From assembly GCA_903893485.1 (NCBI GenBank), contig CAITMK010000014.1:66144-130143 (forward strand): DNA of 64,000 nucleotides, in the 5' to 3' direction. Below, in pieces: positions 29,320 through 40,388 of this stretch; position 1 is the first letter of the stretch; the number at the start of each line of letters is the position of its first letter. The translations under genes were made by a program, and so were the position numbers. Source of the DNA: Candidatus Magasanikiibacteriota bacterium (GTDB taxonomy: Bacteria > Patescibacteriota > Patescibacteriia > Magasanikbacterales > 2-02-FULL-50-9b). The notes beneath the pieces are model-generated. The model searched no databases and was not told the origin of the DNA. It saw only the letters and a list, made by a program, of their open reading frames with translations.

Positions 29320-29661
29320 ATGGCAAAGAAGAAAGCGCAGGGTCGCAAGCCCTGCATTCCGGTCAACGTCAGCTTTGACCGCAAACTGTCGCTGAAAGAA
29401 TAGGCCGCCATTTTCAGCCTCCCGCACACGCCAACGACCGAAAAGGTGGTGCGTGCGCTGTTCGTTGCCAATGGCGACGGCTACGCGCGCGAAATTCTGG
29501 ACGGCACGTGGAGTCGTGCGATGCAGCTCAACCGGCTGCTCATCAAGCACGGCTTGCCGTACCGCGTGCGGAGCTACCCGCTTTCGGAACTGGAGGCTCG
29601 CAAGCGCTACGACGGCTACGCGATTTCACAAGAAGGGCTCACGCTCGGCATTGTCATGTGA
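29320..29661 (+). pseudogene. SD-led ORF interrupted by one in-frame TAG (29401-29403)
   Basis: AGGAG-N6-ATG, MAKKKAQGRKPCIPVNVSFDRKLSLKE*AAIFSLPH..., continuing in frame into the 29446-29661 ORF. Confidence 0.7.
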
Positions 29662-29689
29662 ATCACCAACAAACCCAATGGAGGGCATC

Positions 29690-30319
29690 ATGCCGAAACT
29701 CGAAAAAATTCTCGGGGCGGCGGTGCCGCTCCTGACACTCGGCGCTTCGGTGCCACTGCTCATTGGCGGATGGCAACATCCGATCGAAATCAATTTGGCC
29801 GCGTACACGCTGTGGATCATGCTGGCAGCAATGCTCGCATACTCTATGTGGGCGCAGCACCAACCAACGTGGCGCATGATGCTTGGCTTTTTGCTCGGCA
29901 ACGTGAGCATGGTGACGCTTGGGCTGGTACGCGGCGGATACACATTCAACCTCGGCACATCTGAACTCATCGTGCTGTTCGGCATGGTACTCACCGTGGT
30001 CGTGTGGCTCACGGCTAGGCAAATCACCAGCTCAAGCAACCCGCGCATCCTGCTTTTGGGCGGAGTCACGATCGACGTGATCACCTACTACCCGCTGTTC
30101 AAGCAGTACCTCATGCAACACGAACCACCAACGGCGTGGATGAAGCTCGGCTGGTGCATGCAACTCACGGGCATAACGATTAACCTGTTCGTCGTGGAAC
30201 GCATTGTGCAAAAAATTCGGTATCACGAAAAGTCTTTGCCGAAGATTCTCGAAGAGTCGGCATTTTCGCTCGAGTGCTGCATTTTCATCTCGATGCTTCT
30301 GTGGCTGATCAACACGTAA
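29690..30319 (+). CDS. Hypothetical multi-TM membrane protein (SD-led)
   Basis: GGAGG SD before MPKLEK; about 7 hydrophobic helices. Confidence 0.75.
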   Translation: MPKLEKILGAAVPLLTLGASVPLLIGGWQHPIEINLAAYTLWIMLAAMLAYSMWAQHQPTWRMMLGFLLGNVSMVTLGLVRGGYTFNLGTSELIVLFGMVLTVVVWLTARQITSSSNPRILLLGGVTIDVITYYPLFKQYLMQHEPPTAWMKLGWCMQLTGITINLFVVERIVQKIRYHEKSLPKILEESAFSLECCIFISMLLWLINT

Positions 30320-30463
30320 CAACCGCGTGCGGCGCACCGCAACAAACCCAATCTCACGGCTCGCAAAGCGTGGGGGCGGGTCTTTTTTTATAAAAAAATC
30401 CCGCACCGCGAGTCACCAATTTCTGTGACATCCAAGCGGTGCGGGATTAAAATTTCTAACGAC

Positions 30464-30865
30464 CTACGAAACCAATGCGCACGGATGCAGCGTGAACCAA
30501 AACGTCAAATCCTTTTTCAGGTTCGCCACGAACTCCACGATGAATGCTTCCAGAAAAGCGTAATTCCGCGGCGTCCGCTCCTTTGGCAACGCCTGCTCAA
30601 ACCGCTCGCTCAGCATGCAAATCAGCACGAACTTTGCCGTGTCCATGTTCGGCTGTACGAGCACCAACGGGTAGTTGAAGCCCTGTTCAACGTAACTCAT
30701 CAGGGTTTCCGTGTCCAAATCCTTCGGGCGCTCGATAGCATATACCTCCATCTGCCGTTCAAGCGCCTGGGGCACGGACGAGTACGCATGTGCCAGCGTC
30801 AACACTTCCTTCAAATAACCTTCCAGTTCCGCTTCGATCACTCGAGCCGTATCTGCGTGTGACAT
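30464..30865 (-). CDS. Hypothetical protein (SD-led unit)
   Basis: GAGGT SD; TTGCTA-N17-TAAGAT promoter; 3' hairpin at 30392-30448. Confidence 0.65.
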   Translation of the reverse strand: MSHADTARVIEAELEGYLKEVLTLAHAYSSVPQALERQMEVYAIERPKDLDTETLMSYVEQGFNYPLVLVQPNMDTAKFVLICMLSERFEQALPKERTPRNYAFLEAFIVEFVANLKKDLTFWFTLHPCALVS

Positions 30866-31014
30866 AAATCCTACCTCGCGTGCCGGTCCGTTGGCTCGCA
30901 GCCACAATCTTATTTCAAAAAATCAGATTTAGCAAAAAATGTCAATATAAAAATAGGCAGCAGATGAGTCGCATCTACTGCCCAGATTGTCCTCCCGCGT
31001 TCGCGATTAGGCAA

Positions 31015-31860
31015 TCACTTTCCAAGCCACCGAATCCAATCGCGCAGCTTGCCTGTTGGTTTCACGCTCATAAGTCGCGTGCCATTGTTCCACGGCCATG
31101 CATGCACCACGCATGCCAGCGCTTCGCGATGAAAAGCACCCGGCCCACGCCCCAGTTGATGCTCTGCCAGCCCACTGACCGTGAGCAAATGCGCAACCGC
31201 CGTGTTTGGAACCACGCGAAGCGCCCGATCAAGCAGTTCGCGCGACGCATAATAGCAACCCATGGCATCTTGCATGCCCACGAGTCGCTCTTCATACATC
31301 GTTGGCTGAAGCCGCTGCCGCCGCCATTCGCGCACCAAGTTTTTGTGGTGAAGCAGATACGGTTCGGCATGCGGACCTAGGCGTGTTTGCCACAGCGGCT
31401 CCGCCATGATTTCGGCATGCGTCAGCGGCGTACCACTAAACGCCAAATCGCTGCGCCGCCACACTGCCTGCAAATCCAACACGGTCACCTTGCCGTAAAA
31501 GCCGTTTTCCAAGCGATGAAAATCCGCCGCCGAAATACGACCTCCGTACGTACGACCATGTGTGCACGTGCGATCGTGTGAATACGTCTCCAAAATTCCG
31601 GCGTACGTTGCAAGCGGGCCCACGCCATGCGCCACAATTACAATGGGGTTGCCCGCACGACTCAGTCCAACGTACTCCGCGGACAGCGTCGTGCAAAATC
31701 GTTCCCAAAAATCGTGACCCAGATTTGTGTGCAGCCGTGCGTCGATCACATCTGACACCGTAGCAATATGTCCTTGAGGTCCGCCACGCGTTTCTGCCTC
31801 CAAAAAAACTCGATCAAACTTTTCGCCATCGAAATGGAGTCCAAATTGATTTGCGCTCAT
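31015..31860 (-). CDS. Hypothetical protein (SD-led unit)
   Basis: GGAGG SD; TAGACA-N17-TAGGCT promoter; 3' hairpin at 30949-30983. Confidence 0.75.
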   Translation of the reverse strand: MSANQFGLHFDGEKFDRVFLEAETRGGPQGHIATVSDVIDARLHTNLGHDFWERFCTTLSAEYVGLSRAGNPIVIVAHGVGPLATYAGILETYSHDRTCTHGRTYGGRISAADFHRLENGFYGKVTVLDLQAVWRRSDLAFSGTPLTHAEIMAEPLWQTRLGPHAEPYLLHHKNLVREWRRQRLQPTMYEERLVGMQDAMGCYYASRELLDRALRVVPNTAVAHLLTVSGLAEHQLGRGPGAFHREALACVVHAWPWNNGTRLMSVKPTGKLRDWIRWLGK

Positions 31861-31954
31861 GTTCCCCTCCGAGATGAATGCCTTTTGCAAGCCTAACAAA
31901 ATGGCACGTGCTTGTCTAGCGTTTTTTATATATAATGAATCGAATTCAAAATAT

Positions 31955-32875
31955 ATGCCATGGTTTCTTGTTGTAATGCTTGCGGCGCTTTGTTGGAGTA
32001 TCGCTGTTCACACTGATAAATTTGTTTTGTCGCGATACTTTAAAGCAAGTGGGCCTGGTGGCTACATGCTATTTTCCACACTCGTACAACTGTGTGCAGT
32101 TGCAGCAATCATCGCAACACACCCAACTTTTTTTAATGTACCGCGCGCGCACATCGCAGGACTCGCGATAAGCGGCATCACCTACATCATCGCGATGCTC
32201 ATCTATTTGTGGGCCATGACCAAAGAAGAAGCAACGCGTGTCTCAATTATTTTTCAGACAATCCCCGTATTTTCATTCGTGCTCGAATATTTTTTTCTGC
32301 ACACTATTTTTTCGCGCAATCAAATCATTGGCGGCATTATTATTTTATGTGGTGCACTTCTTATCTCCATCGATAGCGCACATTCAAGCGCAAAAAAAAT
32401 TCACATTAAATATTCCGTGCTTGGTGCGATGCTTGGCGCATCAATTTTACTTGCCATTCAATGGATCGTATTCAAACAAAGCGCAATCGCTGGTGAATAT
32501 TGGCTCAGCGTTGGCTGGCAATATATGGGTTGTTTATTTGCCGGTGCATGTCTTTTTATTTTTGTTCGTCCATTTCGCAAAGATTTTTTTCATGTATTCA
32601 AAGCAAATGGTCCCGCGGTGCTCGCGCTGAATGTTGCAAACGATATTATTAATGAATCCGGTAATCGCTTGATGAGTTATGCGGTAATGTTTACTCCCGT
32701 CACTCTCGCGCAGCTCGCCAACGGTTTTCAAGCGGTGTTTGTTTTTCTTATCGGTATATCTCTTACAAAATTTTTTCCATCGATCTCGAAGGAGTCAATG
32801 ACCAAAAAAGATCTTATTCAAAAAATTACTGCGATCTCGATTATGCTTTTTGGTGCGTGGGTACTGGGTTGGTAA
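31955..32875 (+). CDS. EamA/DMT family transporter
   Basis: About 10 TM helices in two repeats; EATRVSIIFQTIPVF. Confidence 0.85.
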   Translation: MPWFLVVMLAALCWSIAVHTDKFVLSRYFKASGPGGYMLFSTLVQLCAVAAIIATHPTFFNVPRAHIAGLAISGITYIIAMLIYLWAMTKEEATRVSIIFQTIPVFSFVLEYFFLHTIFSRNQIIGGIIILCGALLISIDSAHSSAKKIHIKYSVLGAMLGASILLAIQWIVFKQSAIAGEYWLSVGWQYMGCLFAGACLFIFVRPFRKDFFHVFKANGPAVLALNVANDIINESGNRLMSYAVMFTPVTLAQLANGFQAVFVFLIGISLTKFFPSISKESMTKKDLIQKITAISIMLFGAWVLGW

Positions 32876-34735
32876 TTATTTTTTAACTCGCCGAAATAAT
32901 CTCGCGGAATTTAGCAGTGGGAAAAAATCTGTCGCGAAATTATAAAACGCCGCAAGCGCCGGACCAACAAACCCCGTAAATACCAACGCGAATCCAAAAA
33001 TATTTGAGACGGCCCAGATGATAACATCAAGATGAATCACGGACATTGTTTTCCGACTCAGTGCAATAATTTCTGGCACGCGCGCTAAATTATCCGTTAA
33101 AATCACTACGTCCGCCGCTTCAACGGCAACGGCAGTGCCTCCGGTACCCATGGCAATACCAATTGCCGCGCGCGAAAGCGCTGGTGCATCGTTCACTCCA
33201 TCACCGATCATTGCAACCGTTGATCCGTCAGCACCAAACGCAGCGACCTCACGCATTTTATCTTCTGGTTTCATGTTGGCATGTACGCTGGTAATCCCAA
33301 GCGCTTTTGCAATTCGATTTGCAGAAACTTCGTTGTCACCGGTGAGCATGGCAATTTCAGAAATACCAAGGGCGCGCAGCGCTGTGATACTTTTGTGCGC
33401 TTCAGCACGTGGGACATCTGCCAAAAATCCATAGCCGTAAAATTTACCATCTTCAAAAACCAAAAAAACACTGTTCCCTTCTTTTTCTTGGGCCGCAGCA
33501 ATATCCGCAGAAATTTTCGTGGGCACTGTCACGTGCGCTGCCAATGCAGCATCAGTATTTCCCACCACAATTTTTTTTCCTTCATACATGCAAGTAACTC
33601 CCGCGCCTTTCAAAATTTCAAATTTTTCAGGTTCACCAAATTGTTTTACATGTAGCGCCGCTTCAGCAACCAATGCGCGCCCCGCAGGATGCTCAGAATA
33701 TTTTTCAGCTGCACCAACAGCGCGCCAAAATTTTTCTAAAGAAATCTCTGGCATAATGACGGCGCATTTCACCGACAAATGTCCGTGTGTTAATGTGCCC
33801 GTCTTGTCGATTACTATTTTTTGCACGCGGCTGAGCGCCACAATGCGCTGGCCACCCTTGATAATCACACCACGCTGCGCGGCGCGACCAATGGCGCCAG
33901 CCATGGCAAGCGGAATCGCAACCGCCATGTCATCAGCGCAGGCCACCAAAAAAATTGCCGTGGTCATGGTTGCACTGCGCGTAAAATAATATGTGCCCGC
34001 ACCAATTGCCAAAACAATCGGCAAAAAAATCGTTGCAAATTTATCCGCAATTTTTTCCGTTTCAGATTTATTTGCAGCTGCATCAGTAATGAGCGCGGCA
34101 ATGCGTTCAAAAGTTGAATCTTTTGAAATATGCAGTGCACGAATTTTTATAACCCCCGCTTCATTAACCGTACCACTTGAAACCAATGAATGAATTTCCT
34201 TTTTTACCAACGCAGATTCACCGGTCACCGCGGCTTCATTAATATGCGCTTCACCAAAAATTACCACGCCATCAACCGGGATACGATCGCCGCTACGCAC
34301 CACCACGGTATCGCCCACCACCACATCCGTTACTGAAATTTTTGTTTCGACGCCCGCCGCACCACGTTCCACCGACGCAATTAATGGTTTTTGTTTTAAT
34401 AATAATTCGACGGCACGATGCGCGCGCGATTCGGTACTCCAATCAAGTAAATCCGCACAGGTAAACATGAGCACAATAAATGCCGCGGATTGCGGATCTC
34501 CCAAAAAAAATGCAGCGGCAAGTGCAAACGTATTAAATGTATCAATGGTAATTTTTCTTTTAATCGTTGCCTGAAATGTGCGCGCCAAAAGTGGTAATGA
34601 TCCTGCGGCAGAAATCGTGAGTAACATGAGTCCCGCCGCGGGCATAAAAAAATGTACAACCAAAGCCGCGGCCAGAGCGCTGATAATAATCCATTCACGG
34701 CGTGGCGAAGAAAAAAAGGTGCGAAGGTGCTTCAT
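32876..34735 (-). CDS. Heavy-metal translocating P1B-type ATPase
   Basis: TGES, DKTGT, SEHP and GDGVNDAPAL motifs; CADD in place of CPC. Confidence 0.93.
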   Translation of the reverse strand: MKHLRTFFSSPRREWIIISALAAALVVHFFMPAAGLMLLTISAAGSLPLLARTFQATIKRKITIDTFNTFALAAAFFLGDPQSAAFIVLMFTCADLLDWSTESRAHRAVELLLKQKPLIASVERGAAGVETKISVTDVVVGDTVVVRSGDRIPVDGVVIFGEAHINEAAVTGESALVKKEIHSLVSSGTVNEAGVIKIRALHISKDSTFERIAALITDAAANKSETEKIADKFATIFLPIVLAIGAGTYYFTRSATMTTAIFLVACADDMAVAIPLAMAGAIGRAAQRGVIIKGGQRIVALSRVQKIVIDKTGTLTHGHLSVKCAVIMPEISLEKFWRAVGAAEKYSEHPAGRALVAEAALHVKQFGEPEKFEILKGAGVTCMYEGKKIVVGNTDAALAAHVTVPTKISADIAAAQEKEGNSVFLVFEDGKFYGYGFLADVPRAEAHKSITALRALGISEIAMLTGDNEVSANRIAKALGITSVHANMKPEDKMREVAAFGADGSTVAMIGDGVNDAPALSRAAIGIAMGTGGTAVAVEAADVVILTDNLARVPEIIALSRKTMSVIHLDVIIWAVSNIFGFALVFTGFVGPALAAFYNFATDFFPLLNSARLFRRVKK

Positions 34736-34895
34736 ACGAAGCATAGTATACCGTGAGACGCAAAAAAATGCAGCTGTTCGTAAATAATATCTATATTTTA
34801 TGTATCAAACGCAACTGATGGCGGTTTTTTCGCTAAAATTATACGTTTATTATAAATTTGAACCAAATTGACAATACCTTGCGTATATATAATAT

Positions 34896-35672
34896 ATGAA
34901 AAAACTCTCAATTATCACCACAAGCTCAGTAGTTGTTGCGTCAATTTTAGGCGCCGTGCCAGCATTTGCTGCAACCAACCCAGCACATGGCCGCCCCACT
35001 ATGCAACCACACAAAATTCAAATGAAAAAAACGGACACTAAAAATCAAAATCACCCTTTTTTTGGTAAAGTCACGGCCGTTTCAGGCACCTCTATTACTA
35101 TGACCACACTTAGCCCAACATCAACCGCATATACTATCGATGCCAGCCGTGCAAAATTCATGAAAAATGAAAAAACTGCTGGCGCAATCACTGATATTGC
35201 TGTTGGTAATTTAATTGGCGTGCAAGGCACCTCATCGGGTACTAACATTGCAGCAAACGCAATTATGATTAATGGTGGTGGTCCTGAAAATACGAACGGC
35301 GCTGTTGGTCGTGGCATTGCCGGCAAAGTAACCTCGATTTCTGGAAATACCTTTACCATCGATTCAACTCCATTTCATGGTCGTGGAATGCGCGGCGCCG
35401 CAACATCAACACCAGTAACACCGCCAGCCCCAGTCTCATATACGGTAACTGCTGATGCAAATACGGTATACACTAAAGATGGTCAGCCAGCTACCATCAA
35501 TGACGTAACCACCACATCATTGATCATGGTTCGTGGCACCACTGATCCGGTTGCACACACAATTGCCGCAACAAATGTGATGATCAACACACACATTCCA
35601 ACCGCATCATCTGCACCGCTCGCAAAAAAATCTTTGCTCGGCCGGGTACTCGGCTTTTTCCACAAAAAATAA
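34896..35672 (+). CDS. Secreted DUF5666-like repeat protein
   Basis: Signal peptide ending AFA; two GKVT..SG..IT..YT.D..I.VG..V.G repeats. Confidence 0.8.
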   Translation: MKKLSIITTSSVVVASILGAVPAFAATNPAHGRPTMQPHKIQMKKTDTKNQNHPFFGKVTAVSGTSITMTTLSPTSTAYTIDASRAKFMKNEKTAGAITDIAVGNLIGVQGTSSGTNIAANAIMINGGGPENTNGAVGRGIAGKVTSISGNTFTIDSTPFHGRGMRGAATSTPVTPPAPVSYTVTADANTVYTKDGQPATINDVTTTSLIMVRGTTDPVAHTIAATNVMINTHIPTASSAPLAKKSLLGRVLGFFHKK

Positions 35673-35685
35673 TTTGTTGGAACAT

Positions 35686-35716
35686 AAAAAATCCCCGCTT
35701 CGCGCGGGGATTTTTT
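35686..35716. terminator. Bidirectional intrinsic terminator
   Basis: A-tract-TCCCCGC-TTCGC-GCGGGGA-T-tract between convergent genes. Confidence 0.8.
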
Positions 35717-36521
35717 ATTTCTTCAAATTAATTGCTTCGATGCACATGAACAACGGAATTTCCAAACGCGCTTTATTTTCCGCGCCAGCACGTGGACCAC
35801 TTGTTGCAGGACGATGTGATACCCATTCTTCGAGTCGCGTCACTGCAAAACCAGCCTTGCCCAAATGTTTAAAATATAATTGCAATGGACGATGAAACGA
35901 AACCGTTTGCACCGACGGATCGCTGCCCGGATGCATATCAATTTGATTTTTGCGTTCCGTTAAATACGCGTCAACGCGGCGATACTGCACATGTTTTTTT
36001 TCATCCCATTCCCAACTCGAAAATTTTGGCACGCGAAATGTGGGATGATTTAATACAAATAAAATTCTGCCGCCCGGCGCAAGCACGCGTGCTGCCTCGG
36101 CCATAACTGGCGAGACACGTTCGATATTTTGCAACGCCAATACAATTGTCACCACATCAACTGAGTTATCCGGCACAAATGAACAATCGTCCGCGGGCGA
36201 TACATGATATACAATTTCAGGCACAGAATTTTTCTTTGCAATTGCAATTAATTCTGGCGCGATATCTGATGCAATAATCTGCGCACCAGCGGCCGCAAAT
36301 CGGCGCGAAAAATATCCTTGCCCGCATGCTAAATCTAAAATTTTCATTCCTGGTTTTGGCGCGACCAATCGTTCCAAGTTTGGTGCCAATACTTTTTCCT
36401 GAAAGGTATCTGGATTATTTTCTAAAAGTTCATCGTACCAAGGCGCAACCGCACCCCACGATGTCGATTTTTCGTGCGCCGGTTTTTTTACCACTTTGCG
36501 CGGATTAAATGCTGGTCTCAT
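35715..36521 (-). CDS. Class I SAM-dependent methyltransferase
   Basis: ILDLACGQG; [12 protein letters not shown]. Confidence 0.9.
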   Translation of the reverse strand: MRPAFNPRKVVKKPAHEKSTSWGAVAPWYDELLENNPDTFQEKVLAPNLERLVAPKPGMKILDLACGQGYFSRRFAAAGAQIIASDIAPELIAIAKKNSVPEIVYHVSPADDCSFVPDNSVDVVTIVLALQNIERVSPVMAEAARVLAPGGRILFVLNHPTFRVPKFSSWEWDEKKHVQYRRVDAYLTERKNQIDMHPGSDPSVQTVSFHRPLQLYFKHLGKAGFAVTRLEEWVSHRPATSGPRAGAENKARLEIPLFMCIEAINLKK

Positions 36522-37456
36522 ACGACTTTTTTAAAATACGCAATTGTTTTAACCAAGCCTTCGTCAACCATCACCTTTGGTTCCCATCCCAGCATTTTTT
36601 TAGCAACCGAAATATCTGGCTTGCGACGTTTTGGATCATCACCCGGCAACGCGCGAAATGTAATCGCTGATTTTGAACTCGTCAGCTTCACCACTTTTTC
36701 CGCAAGCTGTTTCATGGTGAATTCATTTGGATTGCCCATATTCACCGGCCCTGTAACGCGCGCCTTTTCCATAAACAACATCATGCCGCGCACCAAATCA
36801 TCAACGTATTGAAAGCTGCGCGTTTGATCGCCCGCACCATAAATGGTAATTGGCGCGCCGCGAAGCGCTTGCACGATAAAATTCGAAACCACGCGACCGT
36901 CATTCACGGCCATGCGTGGGCCATAGGTATTAAAAATTCGCACCACGCGAATCTCAACTTTTTTTTCGCGATGATAATCAAAACATAATGTTTCTGCGGC
37001 GCGTTTGCCTTCATCGTAACATGCGCGAATGCCAATTGGATTTACATTTCCCCAATACGTTTCGCGTTGTGGATGTTCAAGTGGATCACCATAAATTTCT
37101 GACGTGCTTGCCTGCAATACGCGCGCACCAGTTTTTTGTGCCAACTTTAACATGTTATGCATTCCTAAAAAACTCGTTTCAATGGTTGCCACCGGATCTT
37201 TTTGATAATTCACAGGCGACGCCGGACATGCCAAATTATAAATGCGTGTAAATTTTATTTTTGTAACAAATGGTTCACGCACATCGTGTTTAATGAAAGT
37301 AAAATTTTTATTTTTCAAACACGTTACAATATTTTTTTTACTTCCACAAAATAAATTATCAACGCACACGACGGTGTGGCCCGCGGTGAGCAGCGCCTCG
37401 CACAAATGCGAACCGATAAATCCCGCACCACCAGTTACTAAAATTGTTTGTTTCAT
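36518..37456 (-). CDS. UDP-glucuronate decarboxylase (UDP-xylose synthase) family
   Basis: [34 protein letters not shown]. Confidence 0.93.
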   Translation of the reverse strand: MKQTILVTGGAGFIGSHLCEALLTAGHTVVCVDNLFCGSKKNIVTCLKNKNFTFIKHDVREPFVTKIKFTRIYNLACPASPVNYQKDPVATIETSFLGMHNMLKLAQKTGARVLQASTSEIYGDPLEHPQRETYWGNVNPIGIRACYDEGKRAAETLCFDYHREKKVEIRVVRIFNTYGPRMAVNDGRVVSNFIVQALRGAPITIYGAGDQTRSFQYVDDLVRGMMLFMEKARVTGPVNMGNPNEFTMKQLAEKVVKLTSSKSAITFRALPGDDPKRRKPDISVAKKMLGWEPKVMVDEGLVKTIAYFKKVV

Positions 37457-38088
37457 ACTTTGTTAGAAAAAACTTTTTTGATTCCCGCAATAAGGAGTGC
37501 GCGATCATTTTTGTCGCGAAGAACGTGAATCACCCCTGGTAAAAATGATAAAACTAAAATTGCCAAAACAATTCTGCCGATATATGTTTCAATTCCCGGA
37601 ATCGATGCGCCGGCCCAGTAGCCAATATATGGAAGACCAACCGCCCAAATCGCCGCGCCCAAAATATTATATGCTAAAAATTTTCGATACTTCATGTGGC
37701 CCACACCCGCAATAGTTGGTGCAAACGTACGCACCACCGGCAAAAAGCGCGCCAAAGTAACGGCCTTGCCACCATGCTTCACATAAAAATTATGTGCGCG
37801 ATCCGCATGGCGTTTGTTAAAAAACAAAGATTTTTCGCGATTAAAAATTTTAGGGCCAATTTGGCGACCCAAACTGTATCCAACTGAATCCCCCGCAACC
37901 GCAGCGATAAAAACAAGTACTGCGAGCAAATGTATATTAATGTACCCTTGCGATGCCAAAAAGCCCGCGGTGAATAATAAACTATCGCCCGGCAAAAAGA
38001 ATCCCACCAAAAGGCCGGATTCAGCGAACACAATTCCCGCGACACCAATATAGCCCGCGGTTTTGATAAATGAAGTGACGTCAAACAT
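37453..38088 (-). CDS. DedA/VTT family membrane protein
   Basis: [19 protein letters not shown]; [10 protein letters not shown]. Confidence 0.93.
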   Translation of the reverse strand: MFDVTSFIKTAGYIGVAGIVFAESGLLVGFFLPGDSLLFTAGFLASQGYINIHLLAVLVFIAAVAGDSVGYSLGRQIGPKIFNREKSLFFNKRHADRAHNFYVKHGGKAVTLARFLPVVRTFAPTIAGVGHMKYRKFLAYNILGAAIWAVGLPYIGYWAGASIPGIETYIGRIVLAILVLSFLPGVIHVLRDKNDRALLIAGIKKVFSNKV

Positions 38089-38143
38089 GCTGACATGGTA
38101 ACGGATTTTTTGAGTTTATACAAGTATAAACAAGGTGATTTTG

Positions 38144-39505
38144 TCAACCTCGATCCGTTGCTTCAAAATATTTTTCAATAACTGATTCGGCGACAGATAA
38201 AAATCGTTCAGCGCCTTGCATCGCGACTGGATCACGGCGCGTAATTTTTTGCGAATCAAATAAAGCATTGCGCGCTCGTCCGCCGTTTGCAATTCTATTT
38301 TTTTGTTTCCAACTTTTCAGCGCCGCGGTTGGATCACCTCCTTCGTAATACACAATTTTCGACGGTCGCAGTTCAGGGTGCTGCGCAAAATACTGCTCCC
38401 AATATTCGCGCGACGAAATAGTTTTATCAGCAAGCAACAATTCGCCGTCATTCATTTCGGGATTTTTTTCTGCATCGACCAAATATCGAGAGCCGGTATG
38501 CGGATCAACCCGCGCGTCTGCCGGAATAAAAACCACACCAGCATCTACATTAATCCCGCGATTTTCCTGATCCCACACCCACAGATCATTCCAATAACCA
38601 CCACCAGAATCGGCAAGACCGCCCGAATGATGATACGCGGTTGCAATAAACATGGCCGGAAATACAAAAAATATTTCATTGCCCTGCTCCGCGCCATAAT
38701 AGCTATCCGCAACTTCGTTTGCAGCAAAATGCACCGAATTGATATCAGAATATACACCCGGCTTTCCTTGTCCTTCTGGATTCACCACGTTTTGCACCCA
38801 GCTAAACGCGGCCTCTTTTGTTGTCAATCCAATATCTTTTATTTCTGAAACAATCGCCGCCTCTTTCATTTCTTGAGTTACCGCTCTACCAACCACCGAT
38901 TGCAGACGACCCGCCCGCATTGTTTGTTCAAACCCATTATAAAATCCACCGGCCCCACTGTGATGCGAAATTCTGTCGCGCACACCCTGACGCGTCACAT
39001 GCGTCACGAGCTCACCCGGAAACCGGCGCAGCAGCAGCGCGTAATCTTCAATAGAAAGTTTAGCAAGATATTCTTCGGAAAAATATTTTTTAATGTCTGC
39101 CTCAGCATAAGGCGTTAATTCCCAACGCTCCATCACCGCGGCTTCATGCTGTGCAAACTGCTCATCAACATGCTCTCGAACTTCTTTTATATAGGTTGCA
39201 ATTTGTTCATCAAGCAATTCCAATGCTGAAGCATCATATCCATGCATCTCAACCAAAAAATCATATTCATCGGATAGCCCCTGAATTCCTTCCATTTTTC
39301 CAGTCAATTCTTTCATCCGCATTTCTCGTTCACGCATTTTTTGCGTTACATCGGCTCGCTCTTCAATTGCCCGCCGCTTACCATGAAGCGCAAGTCGTAC
39401 AGCCTCAGCATCTTTAATTCTATGAACATGTCGCGGTTTCCCTTGTTCGGTTTGACCCAAATACGGATCGGTTTCGGTTATAAAATTTGGCCAAACCTTT
39501 TTCAT
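38144..39505 (-). CDS. Hypothetical protein
   Basis: 453-aa ORF; TATACT 6 nt before the ATG (leaderless). Confidence 0.8.
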   Translation of the reverse strand: MKKVWPNFITETDPYLGQTEQGKPRHVHRIKDAEAVRLALHGKRRAIEERADVTQKMREREMRMKELTGKMEGIQGLSDEYDFLVEMHGYDASALELLDEQIATYIKEVREHVDEQFAQHEAAVMERWELTPYAEADIKKYFSEEYLAKLSIEDYALLLRRFPGELVTHVTRQGVRDRISHHSGAGGFYNGFEQTMRAGRLQSVVGRAVTQEMKEAAIVSEIKDIGLTTKEAAFSWVQNVVNPEGQGKPGVYSDINSVHFAANEVADSYYGAEQGNEIFFVFPAMFIATAYHHSGGLADSGGGYWNDLWVWDQENRGINVDAGVVFIPADARVDPHTGSRYLVDAEKNPEMNDGELLLADKTISSREYWEQYFAQHPELRPSKIVYYEGGDPTAALKSWKQKNRIANGGRARNALFDSQKITRRDPVAMQGAERFLSVAESVIEKYFEATDRG

Positions 39506-39570
39506 AGAAACAGTATATCACGCGTCAAACCTTGCAATATATGCGCGAATACATTATACTCTCCCCATCT

Positions 39571-40119
39571 ATGCGTATTGCTCGAAAGCGCTTCAAACCA
39601 GAAGTACAAAAAATCAAAATTCGTTACAACGAAGGTATTCGCGTACCCATGGTTCGCGTTATCGATGAAGCCGGCGCTCACGTGGGCACCATGACCACCC
39701 AGGAAGCAACTGCTCTGGCTTTGGAACGCGGCCTTGATTTAATCGAAATCAACCCAAACGCCGATCCACCGGTGGTAAAAATCACGGAATACGGCCAGTT
39801 TAAATATCAGAAAGACAAAGAAGAACGCCTCCAGAAAAAGAAACAGAAAGAATCGGAAGTCAAAGGCGTGCGTCTTTCCCTGCGTATCGGCGAGCATGAT
39901 CGCGAAATGCGCATGAATCAAGCTAAAAAGTTCCTTGAAGATGGCAATAAGGTTAAGGTGGAAATCATTCTCCGCGGCCGTGAACGCCAGTTTGTAACCG
40001 GCGCGTTTGCCGTCATGGACAAGTTTATTAACGAAATGCGCGCCGCAATGCCGGTACGTGTGGAACAGCCGGTCAGCAAGCAGGAAAACAAGGTTACGGT
40101 ACTGCTGGTTAAGGAATAA
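39571..40119 (+). CDS. infC: Translation initiation factor IF-3
   Basis: NEGIR..VRVID, LDLIEINPNADPPVVKI, LRGRE. Start set at the ATG after TTGCAA-N17-TATACT. Confidence 0.96.
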   Translation: MRIARKRFKPEVQKIKIRYNEGIRVPMVRVIDEAGAHVGTMTTQEATALALERGLDLIEINPNADPPVVKITEYGQFKYQKDKEERLQKKKQKESEVKGVRLSLRIGEHDREMRMNQAKKFLEDGNKVKVEIILRGRERQFVTGAFAVMDKFINEMRAAMPVRVEQPVSKQENKVTVLLVKE

Positions 40120-40192
40120 GCAGTAATACACAGGCCGCCCTTGACGAAAATACGCATAAACTGTTATAATCTGCACACTTAAATTTGGCACT

Positions 40193-40387
40193 ATGGGGAA
40201 GCTCAAAACGAAAAAATCTATTGCGAAACGCTTCCGCGTGACACGCAACGACAAAGTGATTCACCGTGCAAGCGGCCAGGGTCATTTCAATGGTCGCGAA
40301 TCTGGCAATACCACCCGTGAAAAACGCACGGACAAGGTTTTAGCTAAGACGCACACAAAATTAATCATCCGTAGCATCAGTAAATAA
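40193..40387 (+). CDS. rpmI: 50S ribosomal protein L35
   Basis: KLKTKKSIAKRFRVT; synteny with infC and rplT. Confidence 0.95.
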   Translation: MGKLKTKKSIAKRFRVTRNDKVIHRASGQGHFNGRESGNTTREKRTDKVLAKTHTKLIIRSISK

Positions 40388-40388
40388 T

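Noticed and set aside
29401-29403. Genome-wide stop codon reassignment
   Set aside because: TAG, TGA and TAA all end intact genes elsewhere in the window; only one interrupted ORF was seen.
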